Shown: one piece after another, positions 63,978 to 64,000 of the stretch
Numbering within the stretch: position 1 is the first letter of the stretch
Layout of the letters: the number at the start of each line of letters is the position of its first letter
NCBI GenBank assembly: GCA_049976505.1
Contig: JBMFIC010000005.1
Span: forward strand, 3,315-67,314
Reading direction: 5' to 3'
DNA from: Nitrososphaeria archaeon
Lineage (GTDB): Archaea > Thermoproteota > Nitrososphaeria > Conexivisphaerales > UBA164
Length of the DNA: 64,000 nt
Program-made: the position numbers and the translations under genes
Notes under the pieces: generated by a model
What the model was told of the DNA's origin: nothing
What the model saw: only the letters and a program-made list of their open reading frames with translations
The model's database searches: none

Positions 63978-64000
63978 GCAGAAGGGTATACGTCTTCGAT
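63974..64000 (+). CDS. Start of next gene (possibly 2-isopropylmalate synthase; only 9 codons visible)
   Basis: An ATG overlapping the ilvC stop (aATGa) encodes MSRRVYVFD, like the leuA/cimA N-terminus preceding TTLRDGEQ. Runs off the right edge. Confidence 0.35.

Noticed and set aside
1-64000. Search for CRISPR arrays, transposases/integrases, restriction-modification or other defence modules, prophage remnants and rRNA.
   Set aside because: I found no regularly spaced direct repeats, no cas-like, recombinase or methyltransferase/endonuclease signatures, and no rRNA-like sequence. The window reads as core chromosome.

Overview
Dense, mostly housekeeping chromosomal segment from an archaeon. 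Archaeal markers include TBP, TFE, Rpo7/Spt4, Sec61beta, Hjc, Pth2, an archaeal-type SAM synthetase and the exosome superoperon. Codon usage is strongly AGG/ATA/AAG/GAG-biased, coding DNA is GC-rich and intergenic spacers are AT-rich (percentages not computed). SMC-ScpA-ScpB, a RadB-like protein, a class II RNR and a bifunctional PGI/PMI suggest a thermophilic euryarchaeote-like (Thermoplasmata-like?) lineage, but I cannot assign the organism. I call about 79 protein-coding loci and 2 tRNAs (Ile-GAU, Arg-UCU). One protein gene runs off each edge, one (Sec61beta) is below the ORF-track size cutoff, and two are interrupted by single-base homopolymer frameshifts. I saw no rRNA, CRISPR array, transposase/integrase or recognisable defence system.

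Main blocks:
- psmA-SBDS-rrp4-rrp41-rrp42-L37ae-pcc1-pfdB superoperon
- DUF47+PiT phosphate uptake
- smc-scpA
- rpo7-spt4-DPCK
- thrC-hom
- SAM-cycle genes (ahcY; HTH-CBS/metK/MetF-like)
- a sugar-nucleotide cluster
- ilvB-ilvN-ilvC

Items most worth a second look:
- an FdrA/DUF1116/DUF2877 (AllFGH-like) trio split across a divergent promoter and tightly coupled to an HPS-fold gene
- a cluster of two apparently degenerate enzyme homologues flanking a SpoIIM-like membrane protein
- an ESCRT-III-family gene with a symmetric nested palindrome upstream and an unrecognisable 295-aa neighbour
- a RadB-like protein with a GKE Walker A, coupled to a 104-aa unknown
- a tRNA-Arg with C at position 33
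- a 243-bp AT-rich repeat-bearing spacer upstream of ilvB

All family assignments come from motif recognition by eye. None was verified by a search.
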